Shown in pieces: positions 53,377-63,658 of a stretch of DNA of 64,000 nt. The DNA is from Synechococcus sp. AG-679-A04. Lineage in GTDB: Bacteria; Cyanobacteriota; Cyanobacteriia; PCC-6307; Cyanobiaceae. Within the stretch, counting starts at the first letter, position 1; each line of letters opens with the position of its first letter. The notes below the pieces were generated by a model. It was not told the origin of the DNA. It made no database searches and was given only the letters and a program-made list of their open reading frames with translations. The stretch lies in NCBI GenBank assembly GCA_003210775.1, contig QCUI01000001.1, forward strand, positions 104,813 to 168,812, in the 5' to 3' direction. Position numbers and translations under genes: made by a program.

Positions 53377-54744
53377 ATGACCAGCGGCCTTCCAGCAAAG
53401 GAACAGACCCTCACTGGGTGGGGATGCACAGACGCCACGAATGCCGAAGTAGTGCAACCGGAACGGCTTGATCAAATCAGCCACTTACTTCAAAACGCAC
53501 CTCCCCGCAGCGTGATCAGCCGCGGACTCGGTCGCGCCTACGGCAATCCCGCACAGTGCGAAGCAGGCACTGTCATTGATCTGGCCCAGTTCAACCACAT
53601 CCAGCTGGACCCCGAGAACGGCACTCTATTGGCGGGAAGTGGAGCCAGTCTTGACTCCATCCTCCAGGTGATTGTGCCTGCAGGCTTCTTTTTACCAGTG
53701 ACCCCAGGGACACGCTTCGTCACTGTGGGCGGCGCAATCGCCGCCGACGTTCATGGCAAAAATCATCATCGCGAAGGAAGCTTCGCCAGCCATGTACTGG
53801 AGGTAAGGCTTTTAGACGGTGAAGGGCATGAACGGCTGCTTCGCCCTAACGACCCAAACAGCTCAGCTGCCTTCTGGGCCACTTGCGGTGGAATGGGGCT
53901 CACCGGAGTGATTGTTGAAGCACGCTTTCAGCTCATCCCGGTCACGACATCACTGATCAGCGTGGACACACAGCGCTATGGGGATCTCGAAAGCCTGATG
54001 GCAGCAATGGTTGAGGGCGATGACCATTACCGCTACAGCGTGGCCTGGGTCGACAGCTTGCATGGACCTGGTCGAGGCGTCCTGACACGAGGGGATCACG
54101 CCAACCTGGATCAATGGAACGACCAGAAATCAACCAGCGAAAACCCTCTTTTTTATGACCCCAAGGCTTTGGGGACCGCTCCATCGCTGCTGCCGGGTGG
54201 TCTGCTCAACAATTGGACAGTACGAGCTTTCAACGAAGCTTGGTTCCGCAAAGCACCGCGAAGAAGAGAAGGGGAGCTACAAGCCATCACACCGTTTTTT
54301 CATCCTCTAGACGGAGTGAACAACTGGAACCGCATTTATGGTCCTAGTGGGTTTCTTCAATATCAGTTTGTGGTTCCAGACAGTGCTGGAGATCTTGTAG
54401 GTCGTTGTCTCGCTGCACTACGCAAAATTGGTGCTCCCAGTTTCTTGACTGTGCTGAAACGCTTCGGCGACGCCAATCAAGGACCTTTGTCTTTTCCCAT
54501 GCCGGGATGGACCTTGGCGGCAGACGTCCCCGCAGCCGTTCCAGGCCTGATGGAAACACTCGACGAGCTGGATCAACTGGTTGCTGATGCCGGCGGTCGC
54601 CTGTACCTCGCGAAGGATTCCAGACAATCCGCCACGATGTTTGCCCGCTCTTATCCCGGACTGGAAGCCTGGAGACGAGAACGCGACCAATTGGATCCAC
54701 ACCATGTGTTCGAATCCGACCTATCCCGCCGTCTGGCGATCTGA
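53377..54744 (+). CDS. DprE1-like FAD-dependent polyprenyl-phosphoribose 2'-oxidase
   Basis: LTGWG, RGLGRAYG, PGTRFVTVGGAIAADVHGKNHH, GGMGLTG, YSVAWVD, GFLQYQ, LSFP..GW, GRLYLAKD. Confidence 0.92.
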   Translation: MTSGLPAKEQTLTGWGCTDATNAEVVQPERLDQISHLLQNAPPRSVISRGLGRAYGNPAQCEAGTVIDLAQFNHIQLDPENGTLLAGSGASLDSILQVIVPAGFFLPVTPGTRFVTVGGAIAADVHGKNHHREGSFASHVLEVRLLDGEGHERLLRPNDPNSSAAFWATCGGMGLTGVIVEARFQLIPVTTSLISVDTQRYGDLESLMAAMVEGDDHYRYSVAWVDSLHGPGRGVLTRGDHANLDQWNDQKSTSENPLFYDPKALGTAPSLLPGGLLNNWTVRAFNEAWFRKAPRRREGELQAITPFFHPLDGVNNWNRIYGPSGFLQYQFVVPDSAGDLVGRCLAALRKIGAPSFLTVLKRFGDANQGPLSFPMPGWTLAADVPAAVPGLMETLDELDQLVADAGGRLYLAKDSRQSATMFARSYPGLEAWRRERDQLDPHHVFESDLSRRLAI

Positions 54745-54759
54745 TTTTTCAGCCCTTTT

Positions 54760-55698
54760 ATGAAGATCTTCATTCCCGGCGGTGCCGGACTCGTCGGCCT
54801 CAATCTGATCGCCCGCCTGCAAGACGATCACCCAAACTGGCATTTGATTGTGGTCGACAAGAAACGAGAAGCCGTTGCGATCGCGCAGAATTTATTCCCA
54901 AAGGTCACCTTTTTAGAGGAAGACCTGTGTTGCCTGGAAGGACAGGATTGGCCTCAGCAACTTCAAGGTTGTTCAGCCTGCGTGATGCTCCAAGCTGAGA
55001 TTGGCAATACCGACAGCAGCCAGTTCGAGCGCAACAACGTGCAAAGCACGCTCACGGTGCTGGAAGCCCTCAAGCTTCATCCCATCCCTCGACTCATTCA
55101 CATCAGCAGTTCTGTCGTCAACTCCGTGGCAACAGACCTCTACACCAGTACGAAACGACAACAAGAGCAGTTAGTGCGCGACGCTCGGCCAGATGCTGTG
55201 GTTCTGCGACCCACCTTGATGTTCGGATGGTTTGACAGGAAGCATCTTGGATGGCTCGCACGGTTCATGCGCAAACTGCCGGTGTTTCCAATTCCAGGAT
55301 CTGGTCGGTTCATTCGCCAGCCCCTCTACGTCGGAGATTTCTGCGCTTTGATCGAACGATGTCTTGAGTCTCCCGAGCTACGCGGCAGCTATGACATCAC
55401 CGGGTTGGAAAAAGTGAGTTACATCAGCTTGATGCGTCAGCTCAGACAGGCTGTCCGGGCTCGCACCTGGATGATTCACCTGCCGATACCACTGTTCGGA
55501 TTTCTGCTCCAATGCTGGTCGTTAATCTCCCGCCAACCTGCCTTCACCCGCTCCCAGCTCACAGCCCTTACAGCTGGTGATGAATTTGATGTGATCGACT
55601 GGCCCGACATCTTTAAGGTGACACCAACACCCCTGGCTGATGCGCTGAGGATCACCTATCAAGATCCGCGTTATTCCCAACTGGAGATGCCGTTCTGA
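54760..55698 (+). CDS. NAD-dependent epimerase/dehydratase-family protein (extended SDR)
   Basis: GGAGLVG, ISSS, YTSTK, LRPTLMFG, QPLYVGD. Confidence 0.88.
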   Translation: MKIFIPGGAGLVGLNLIARLQDDHPNWHLIVVDKKREAVAIAQNLFPKVTFLEEDLCCLEGQDWPQQLQGCSACVMLQAEIGNTDSSQFERNNVQSTLTVLEALKLHPIPRLIHISSSVVNSVATDLYTSTKRQQEQLVRDARPDAVVLRPTLMFGWFDRKHLGWLARFMRKLPVFPIPGSGRFIRQPLYVGDFCALIERCLESPELRGSYDITGLEKVSYISLMRQLRQAVRARTWMIHLPIPLFGFLLQCWSLISRQPAFTRSQLTALTAGDEFDVIDWPDIFKVTPTPLADALRITYQDPRYSQLEMPF

Positions 55699-57002
55699 TG
55701 TCATCCATCGCTGTGATTGGTGGCGGCCCCATGGGCCTGGCTGTCGCCTATGAACTTTGCCTCCAAGGTCATACTCCCGTTCTGCTCGAAGCCGATGACC
55801 GTTTAGGGGGAATGGCCGCCAGTTTTAACTTTGAAGGTCTTCAGTTAGAGCGTTATTACCACTTTCACTGCCTCAACGACCACGCATTCTTCGAGGTTCT
55901 GGAAGAGCTCGGTCTCAGCGATCAGCTGTCATGGCGGCAGACAACAATGGGATTCTTTTTCAACAATCGCCTCTACCCCTGGGGCTCTGTGAGTGGCGTG
56001 TTGTCGTTCCGGCACCTTCCTCTGCTAACCAGATTCCGATACCTGCTCCACGCAGCACGCTGTCTAACCATCCGCAACTGGAGAGAACTCGATTCGATCA
56101 CTGCCACAACATGGCTTCGAAAATGGCTTGGTGAGCGTGGCTATCAGCTGCTTTGGCATAAACTTTTTGCCTTCAAATTCTTCCAGTTTAGTGATCAGAT
56201 TTCTGCGGCTTGGATCTGGAGCCGAGTGCGTCGCCTGGGGCAATCTCGCAAGAAATTGAAAGAAACCCTTGGTTTTTTGCAAGGAGGATCTCAACAACTA
56301 GTGGATGCCCTGGAAACCTCCATCCGACATAACGGAGGTGAGATCCGTTGCAACTCGCCAGTCCAAGCGATCCGCCCCAGTCCACAAGGCGGAGCGATGT
56401 TGCAGACACCAAATGGTGTTCAGCACTTTGATCAAGTGATCTCAACGGTGCCGTTACCCCTGGTGGCTCCCATGCTTGAAGCAGGGGGAAGTGACCCCGA
56501 GCTCGTGAGCGAGTACAGCAGCCAACCGTCAGTAGCTTGTGCCTGTGTGGTGCTACAAACCGACCGCGCGATTACTGGAAATTTCTGGACAAATGTCAAC
56601 GATGACCGTTTTGCCATTCCGGGAGTGATCGAAATGAGCAACCTGCGGCCGCTATCACCACATGTGAGCTACGTGCCTTTTTATATCCCCGCCGATCATC
56701 CTGATTACCAGCGAAACAATCAGGCCTTCATCGACGATGCCTGGAATTGCCTCAAAGCCATAAATCCCGATTTGCAAGATGAACATCGGCTGGCAAGTCA
56801 TTGCAGCCGATACCGCTTTGCCCAGCCGGTCTGCCGTATCAACTTTCAAAGCACACTTCCACCTCTGGAGCCGTACCCCGGCGTGATCACCGCAGATACG
56901 ACCGTCTATTACCCAGAGGACCGAGGCATCAGTGAGAGCATTGATTACGGCCGATCGCTGGCGCGTCGCGTTCTGGCCCATGCCGCGGCAGCCATGCCAT
57001 GA
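55698..57002 (+). CDS. FAD-dependent oxidoreductase (amine oxidase/HemY-like fold)
   Basis: IGGGPMGL, E..DRLGG, ERYYHF, GG..L, YPEDRG. Confidence 0.88.
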   Translation: MSSIAVIGGGPMGLAVAYELCLQGHTPVLLEADDRLGGMAASFNFEGLQLERYYHFHCLNDHAFFEVLEELGLSDQLSWRQTTMGFFFNNRLYPWGSVSGVLSFRHLPLLTRFRYLLHAARCLTIRNWRELDSITATTWLRKWLGERGYQLLWHKLFAFKFFQFSDQISAAWIWSRVRRLGQSRKKLKETLGFLQGGSQQLVDALETSIRHNGGEIRCNSPVQAIRPSPQGGAMLQTPNGVQHFDQVISTVPLPLVAPMLEAGGSDPELVSEYSSQPSVACACVVLQTDRAITGNFWTNVNDDRFAIPGVIEMSNLRPLSPHVSYVPFYIPADHPDYQRNNQAFIDDAWNCLKAINPDLQDEHRLASHCSRYRFAQPVCRINFQSTLPPLEPYPGVITADTTVYYPEDRGISESIDYGRSLARRVLAHAAAAMP

Positions 57003-57433
57003 ACAGCCCAAAACAATCTTCACCAAAACGTCAATTTGTTCTTTTCTTAATCACGGGCGGAATCGCTGCCCTCATCAACATCGCAAGCCGTATCGGGTTT
57101 TCTCAGGTGCTTCGTTTCGAGCTCGCCGTACTCGCGGCTTACGCAATCGGAATGGTGACTGCTTACGTGTTGGCACGACGTTATGTGTTCTTGCAAACCC
57201 AACAATCGGTCAAACGATCATTCGCGGCGTTTGCCTTGATCAATCTCGCGGCCGTGCTTCAAACCTGGTTAGTGAGCATCGGAATCCGCAGTTGGCTGTT
57301 TCCCATCATCGGAGTTGCTGCACTCGTTGACCTGATTGCTCACAGCTTCGGAGTGGTCGTTCCTGTGGTCACAAGCTTCTTCGGACACAAATACGTGAGT
57401 TTCCGCGATGTCTCCAGCAATCGCCGCATTTGA
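56999..57433 (+). CDS. GtrA-family flippase
   Basis: QFVLFLITGG, four TMs, Y.LARRYVF, SFFGHKYVSF. Confidence 0.88.
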   Translation: MNSPKQSSPKRQFVLFLITGGIAALINIASRIGFSQVLRFELAVLAAYAIGMVTAYVLARRYVFLQTQQSVKRSFAAFALINLAAVLQTWLVSIGIRSWLFPIIGVAALVDLIAHSFGVVVPVVTSFFGHKYVSFRDVSSNRRI

Positions 57434-58964
57434 CTGTGATGGCACCCTGATCAAGGGAGACGCCACACGCTGTTGTTTGCTTCTTCTGCAAGGCCCATTC
57501 GGACTCATGCGGCTGATGCCCAAGCTTCTGCCGCATCTGGTTGCTTGGCAGTTGAAGCGCTGCAGCACTGGGCGAATGAAGGAGATCCTTCTCAATGTCG
57601 TGCTCCAGGCCACACCACGGAACCATCGGCAGCGAGTTCTGGAAGAGAAACTGCCCATTCAGCTGCGATCGCAATTAAGACCTGAAGCCCTGAAACGACT
57701 GCAATGGCATCGCCAACAAGGCGACCGCTGCATGATCATTACAGCCTCGCCAGAACCGTTCATCCGCCCCCTGGCGGAATTTCTGAAGATCGAACTGATT
57801 GGGACCTGCTGCCAGGATCCTCTTGAGGTGAGCCCAAACCAGCCTTTCACGCTTCTATCCGCGAACTGCAAAGGACCAGAAAAACTCAAACGACTGGAGT
57901 TTGCACTTGGTGAAATGCCGAGCCCAGAGATGCTGGAGGCCTATGGAGACAGCTCTGGTGATCGCGAACTTCTCCAGGCCAGTGGGCGGCCGCATTACCG
58001 CAGCTTTTCCGCTGAACCCCGGGCCTACCGCCAATCCCGTTCGTGGCTGCAACGATTCCTGCCCTGGTTAGCACTGTTATTGCTGGGTCTTGGAGTGCAG
58101 ACCTGGTTCAGTCTTCCAAGCGAAACGAAATCGCAACTGGTTGCAGCATGCACTCGGCTCTTGGCGTGGTTGCCAGTCATCTATGCACTTCTCACTCTCA
58201 GCTACCTCGGGCGTTACTGCCGCTGGCGAGTTCTCCTGCACTCGGTTCAGATCGGTGACTGGAACTGGGCCGATGCCTTGGGCTGGTTTCAAGGATTCGC
58301 ACTAACAGCCACACCGGGAAAACTTGGAGAGCTCAGTCGAGTCGAGCAGTTACATGTCGAACTTGGCTATCCACGCTTACCGCTGACCCACGTCTTTGTC
58401 GCCGAGCGTCTGTGTGATGGCGCCGCGGTGCTGATCTGGCTGGGGGTGATCACACCGGCCATGCTCGCCCAACTGCTGCCCCCTGTAGAGCCCTCTTGGT
58501 GGTGGTTGCTGATCATCGCTGGATTGATTCTGATCAGCTTCAGCCTGCGCCGTCAGCGCAAGCTTCGCTCTGGATGGCAAACACTCCGCAAGGCCTGGGA
58601 CAAGCATCGACCCCGTGGTGCCATGGCGCGTGCCTGCCTACCCGCACTGGTTTTGAGCCTGATCTTCTGGGCTGTTGAAGGACTAATTCTCTGGCTGCTC
58701 GTGATGATTTTGTCGCCCACATCGATCAGTCCACTCCAAGGAATTGGCATTTATTTGTTGTCAGGCACAGCGGGGCTCATTAGCAACAGCCCAGGTGGCA
58801 TCGGCGTCAACGAAGCCGCAACCACTCTTCTGCTTCAAGACGCTGGAATTGACGTACTCGTTGCCCTACCGATCGCCATCCTGCGCAGGGTGCTCACAAT
58901 CTGGACGATTACAGCAGCTGCAGGCCTAAGCCAGTTGATCCAGGGTCCATTCACACGACGCTGA
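57408..58964 (+). CDS. HAD-IB phosphatase fused to a lysylphosphatidylglycerol-synthase-TM (UPF0104) domain
   Basis: FDCDGTL, TASP, NCKGPEK, YGDSSGD in the first ~205 aa, then RW, TPGKLGE, ER..D, PGGIGVNE and R..T.W motifs. Confidence 0.88.
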   Translation: MSPAIAAFDCDGTLIKGDATRCCLLLLQGPFGLMRLMPKLLPHLVAWQLKRCSTGRMKEILLNVVLQATPRNHRQRVLEEKLPIQLRSQLRPEALKRLQWHRQQGDRCMIITASPEPFIRPLAEFLKIELIGTCCQDPLEVSPNQPFTLLSANCKGPEKLKRLEFALGEMPSPEMLEAYGDSSGDRELLQASGRPHYRSFSAEPRAYRQSRSWLQRFLPWLALLLLGLGVQTWFSLPSETKSQLVAACTRLLAWLPVIYALLTLSYLGRYCRWRVLLHSVQIGDWNWADALGWFQGFALTATPGKLGELSRVEQLHVELGYPRLPLTHVFVAERLCDGAAVLIWLGVITPAMLAQLLPPVEPSWWWLLIIAGLILISFSLRRQRKLRSGWQTLRKAWDKHRPRGAMARACLPALVLSLIFWAVEGLILWLLVMILSPTSISPLQGIGIYLLSGTAGLISNSPGGIGVNEAATTLLLQDAGIDVLVALPIAILRRVLTIWTITAAAGLSQLIQGPFTRR

Positions 58965-59019
58965 AAACCATCCGACAGGCCAGGCCTGATACCTTCAGCT
59001 CACCTGCACCTGGCTTCCC

Positions 59020-59967
59020 TTGTCCAGCACTCGCAATCTGATCACAGGCGGCGCCGGATTCCTCGGCTCCCACTTGACTGATCGCTTGATGCAAGCTGGC
59101 GAAGAAGTGATTTGCCTGGACAATTACTTCACAGGCAGAAAAGAAAATATTAGAAACTGGATTGGACATCCCAATTTTGAACTCATTCGCCACGATGTCA
59201 CAGAGCCAATCAAATTAGAAGTCGATCGAATCTGGCATCTGGCATGCCCCGCCTCTCCGATTCACTATCAGTTCAACCCAATCAAAACAGCCAAGACAAG
59301 TTTTTTGGGCACTTACAACATGCTGGGCCTTGCAAGGCGCGTTGGAGCGCGCTTCTTACTTGCCAGCACTAGCGAAGTTTACGGGGATCCAGAGATTCAT
59401 CCTCAACCGGAAAGTTACCGAGGCTGTGTCAATACAATCGGAATTCGCAGCTGTTATGACGAAGGAAAACGCATTGCCGAAACCCTTTGTTTCGACTATC
59501 AGCGCATGCATGGCACGGAAATCAGGGTGATGCGCATCTTCAACACCTATGGGCCTCGCATGCTTCCAGACGATGGACGGGTGGTCAGCAACTTCATCGT
59601 TCAAGCTCTCCAAGGAAAAGCACTAACGCTGTATGGAGATGGCAGTCAAACCAGATCTTTCTGCTACGTAGATGACCTGATCGAAGGCATGATCCGACTA
59701 ATGAATAGCGACAAAACCGGCCCCATCAACATTGGTAACCCCAATGAATTCACTATTCGTCAGTTAGCCGAACTCGTGCGCGATCGCATCAATCCCAACC
59801 TGGAACTGATCAACAAGCCCCTACCCCAGGATGATCCACTCCAACGTCAACCAATCATTGACCTTGCCAGGCAGGGGCTTAGCTGGGAACCCAAGATTTC
59901 TCTTGAAGAAGGTCTTCAACCCACGATTGACTGGTTCCGAGAGGCACTCGAACGGAAAGCCGAATAA
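59020..59967 (+). CDS. UDP-glucuronate decarboxylase (UDP-xylose synthase)
   Basis: [57 protein letters not shown]; TTG start. Confidence 0.93.
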   Translation: MSSTRNLITGGAGFLGSHLTDRLMQAGEEVICLDNYFTGRKENIRNWIGHPNFELIRHDVTEPIKLEVDRIWHLACPASPIHYQFNPIKTAKTSFLGTYNMLGLARRVGARFLLASTSEVYGDPEIHPQPESYRGCVNTIGIRSCYDEGKRIAETLCFDYQRMHGTEIRVMRIFNTYGPRMLPDDGRVVSNFIVQALQGKALTLYGDGSQTRSFCYVDDLIEGMIRLMNSDKTGPINIGNPNEFTIRQLAELVRDRINPNLELINKPLPQDDPLQRQPIIDLARQGLSWEPKISLEEGLQPTIDWFREALERKAE

Positions 59968-60041
59968 ACCTGGCACTCCATGCATGATCACCAAAAGGCA
60001 GAGTGAATGACTTTTGGTGATGATTTGCCCCTCGAACTCAT

Positions 60042-61490
<1,449 letters not shown>

Positions 61491-61500
61491 TCACATTGGT

Positions 61501-61593
61501 CACTTCCCTATCGCCGGAATGACCCGGATCAGGTTCAGAGGGTGTGATCTCAGCCATGAGGATCGCGAACGATCCAAGGCACCCCTAGTGGTG
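61501..61593 (-). promoter_or_regulatory. TPP riboswitch
   Basis: Minus strand CTAGGGGTGC...GCTGAGATCACACCCTCTGAACCTGATCCGGGTCATTCCGGCGATAGGGAAG, upstream of thiC. Confidence 0.93.
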
Positions 61594-61627
61594 TCTAATT
61601 ACTAGCAACGCCGTTGAGAACAGACCG

Positions 61628-62254
61628 TCAACGCAGCTGCAATCCGTTCAGTGCAGCTGCCACAACCCGGTGATCTCCGTCTTGCTGAAGTGGTAACAAC
61701 AGAGATCTAGCTTGCTCACCAATCTGCTGGTCAACGCTTTCTCGAACAATCCGTCCCAGAATCTCGGCTCCACTGACGCGAACCGTTCCGTCGCCATCTT
61801 TGATCGCGGCACTGGCTAGGTCCAGCAGCCAGCCGAAATCGATCTCAGGCTGTTCCGCCAGAGCCGAAAGAATGCTGCAGCGCACCAGCCATGCACTGTC
61901 AGCGTCGAATGCTGCCTTCAGCAACGGCCAGGCACGAATAACGCCATAGCTGGCAAGGGCATTGGCCGCTTCAGCACGCACATTGGCATCACCATCACTG
62001 CGCAGCAGCCGTTCCAAGACGGTCCAACCCTGCTCGGTGCGCTTGTAGCCCAAACCGCTGCAGCTGAGAGAGCGCACCAGAAAGGCCTCTTGCTCACTGC
62101 CCAGCACCAGCAGAGGAACAGCATCCTCATCACTGCAGAATCGCAACTGGGTGAGGGCTGGCATGGCTCGCAATGGATCACCAGACCCGATCGCCTCTTT
62201 AAGGGCATTGAGATCAGGTTCACCTCCCGGAGGCTGCCGCGGTGTCGACGCCAT
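61628..62254 (-). CDS. HEAT-repeat protein (NblB/phycobilin-lyase-like)
   Basis: Repeated D..VR..AA.AL units. Confidence 0.85.
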   Translation of the reverse strand: MASTPRQPPGGEPDLNALKEAIGSGDPLRAMPALTQLRFCSDEDAVPLLVLGSEQEAFLVRSLSCSGLGYKRTEQGWTVLERLLRSDGDANVRAEAANALASYGVIRAWPLLKAAFDADSAWLVRCSILSALAEQPEIDFGWLLDLASAAIKDGDGTVRVSGAEILGRIVRESVDQQIGEQARSLLLPLQQDGDHRVVAAALNGLQLR

Positions 62255-62258
62255 CAAC

Positions 62259-62489
62259 TCAATCCTCCTGAAAACGACTGCTGCGCAAAGCCAATAGCAG
62301 CTTGTGCCGACGACGACGACGACCCACCACTGCGTGGATCACCAAGCCGGAGCCGACCAGGATGGCAGGAACAGACTGCCAACGCTCGGTGCTCTCCCGC
62401 TGGACAAGCGCTAAGACGCCCAGGCACACCAGCAAGGGTGCTGCCAACGACAACAAGACATGCAGATGAGTGCGAGACGGACGATTCAT
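62259..62489 (-). CDS. Small membrane protein (DUF3188-like)
   Basis: Two TMs and an Arg-rich tail; ATGA overlap with the amidohydrolase. Confidence 0.65.
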   Translation of the reverse strand: MNRPSRTHLHVLLSLAAPLLVCLGVLALVQRESTERWQSVPAILVGSGLVIHAVVGRRRRRHKLLLALRSSRFQED

Positions 62490-63658
62490 ACCGTCGGTTC
62501 CCAGGCCAGCATCGTTGCTGTGAGCACGCGAATACCGACCCCTAGGCAGCGCTCATCAGGCAGAAAGTGACCGTTGTGAAGCGGCGCACATCCCTCAGGG
62601 CCCGCCACTCCGAGCCGAAACATCATGCCCGGCACATCGCGGATCAACTCCGCAAAATCCTCGGCGCCCAAGGAGGGCTGTTCCAAGCGCAAGACCTGAT
62701 CCAAGCCAAGCTGCTCGATGGCACAACGCTCCAGTAGATCCGTGAGTCTGGTGTCGTTATCAACCGGTGGAGCGATGCAGCGATAGCGAACCTTTGCCGT
62801 GGCACCGAAACCCTCGCAAAGAGCTCGCACCGTGTCCTCAATCCAACGGGGCAACTGATCATGCAGCTCGTTGGACAAACAACGCACTGTGCCCAGCAAC
62901 GTGACCCGATCAGCAATCACGTTGAACGCCTTACCTCCTTCGATACGCCCGAAGCTCACCACAACTGGGTTCAAGGCATCCAGCCTGCGACTGATCGCTT
63001 CCTGGAGGCCGGTGACCACCCTCGAGGCGATCCAGATTGCATCCACCGACTGATGAGGCCTGGCGCCGTGGCCAGCCTGGCCGTTGATTTCGATTTCCAG
63101 CTCGCCCGCCGCCGCTGTGAGGCTGCCGCTGCGCAAACCCACGCTGCCAACAGGCAAGGAGGGGAACACATGCAAACCGAACAGAGCGTCAAGACCCTCA
63201 GTGGCTCCTGCCTCGCGCATCCAGCGAGCCCCTTGGGCGATTTCCTCTGCTGGCTGGAACAACAAGCGCATCCCAAAAGTTAATTGCGGCTCAGCCGCCA
63301 GCAATCTGGCCACCCCCAGACCCACCGTGCTGTGCAGGTCGTGCCCGCACGCATGCATCACTCCCTGCCGCAAGGAGGCATAGGGCAAGTCCGTTTTCTC
63401 CTCGATGGGCAGAGCATCCATATCCACGCGTAAGCCGAGTTTCGGACCCTGCTCGGCGCCAAGATCCGCCACCACACCCGTGCGTCCAACGCCTTCGCGA
63501 ACGCGCCAACCGGCTTGACGCAGATCACCCGCAATCAGCGCAGCTGTTTGGTGTTCTTCCCCACTGAGCTCAGGATGGGCGTGCAGATGACGACGCAACT
63601 CAATCAACTCCGGCAACAGGGCATCGAGTCGCTCAGACCAGGTGGCAGTGAGGTTCAT
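62486..63658 (-). CDS. M20-family amidohydrolase
   Basis: RRHLHAHPELS, RVDMDALP, MHACGHD, FQPAEE, GAEDF. Confidence 0.93.
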   Translation of the reverse strand: MNLTATWSERLDALLPELIELRRHLHAHPELSGEEHQTAALIAGDLRQAGWRVREGVGRTGVVADLGAEQGPKLGLRVDMDALPIEEKTDLPYASLRQGVMHACGHDLHSTVGLGVARLLAAEPQLTFGMRLLFQPAEEIAQGARWMREAGATEGLDALFGLHVFPSLPVGSVGLRSGSLTAAAGELEIEINGQAGHGARPHQSVDAIWIASRVVTGLQEAISRRLDALNPVVVSFGRIEGGKAFNVIADRVTLLGTVRCLSNELHDQLPRWIEDTVRALCEGFGATAKVRYRCIAPPVDNDTRLTDLLERCAIEQLGLDQVLRLEQPSLGAEDFAELIRDVPGMMFRLGVAGPEGCAPLHNGHFLPDERCLGVGIRVLTATMLAWEPTV

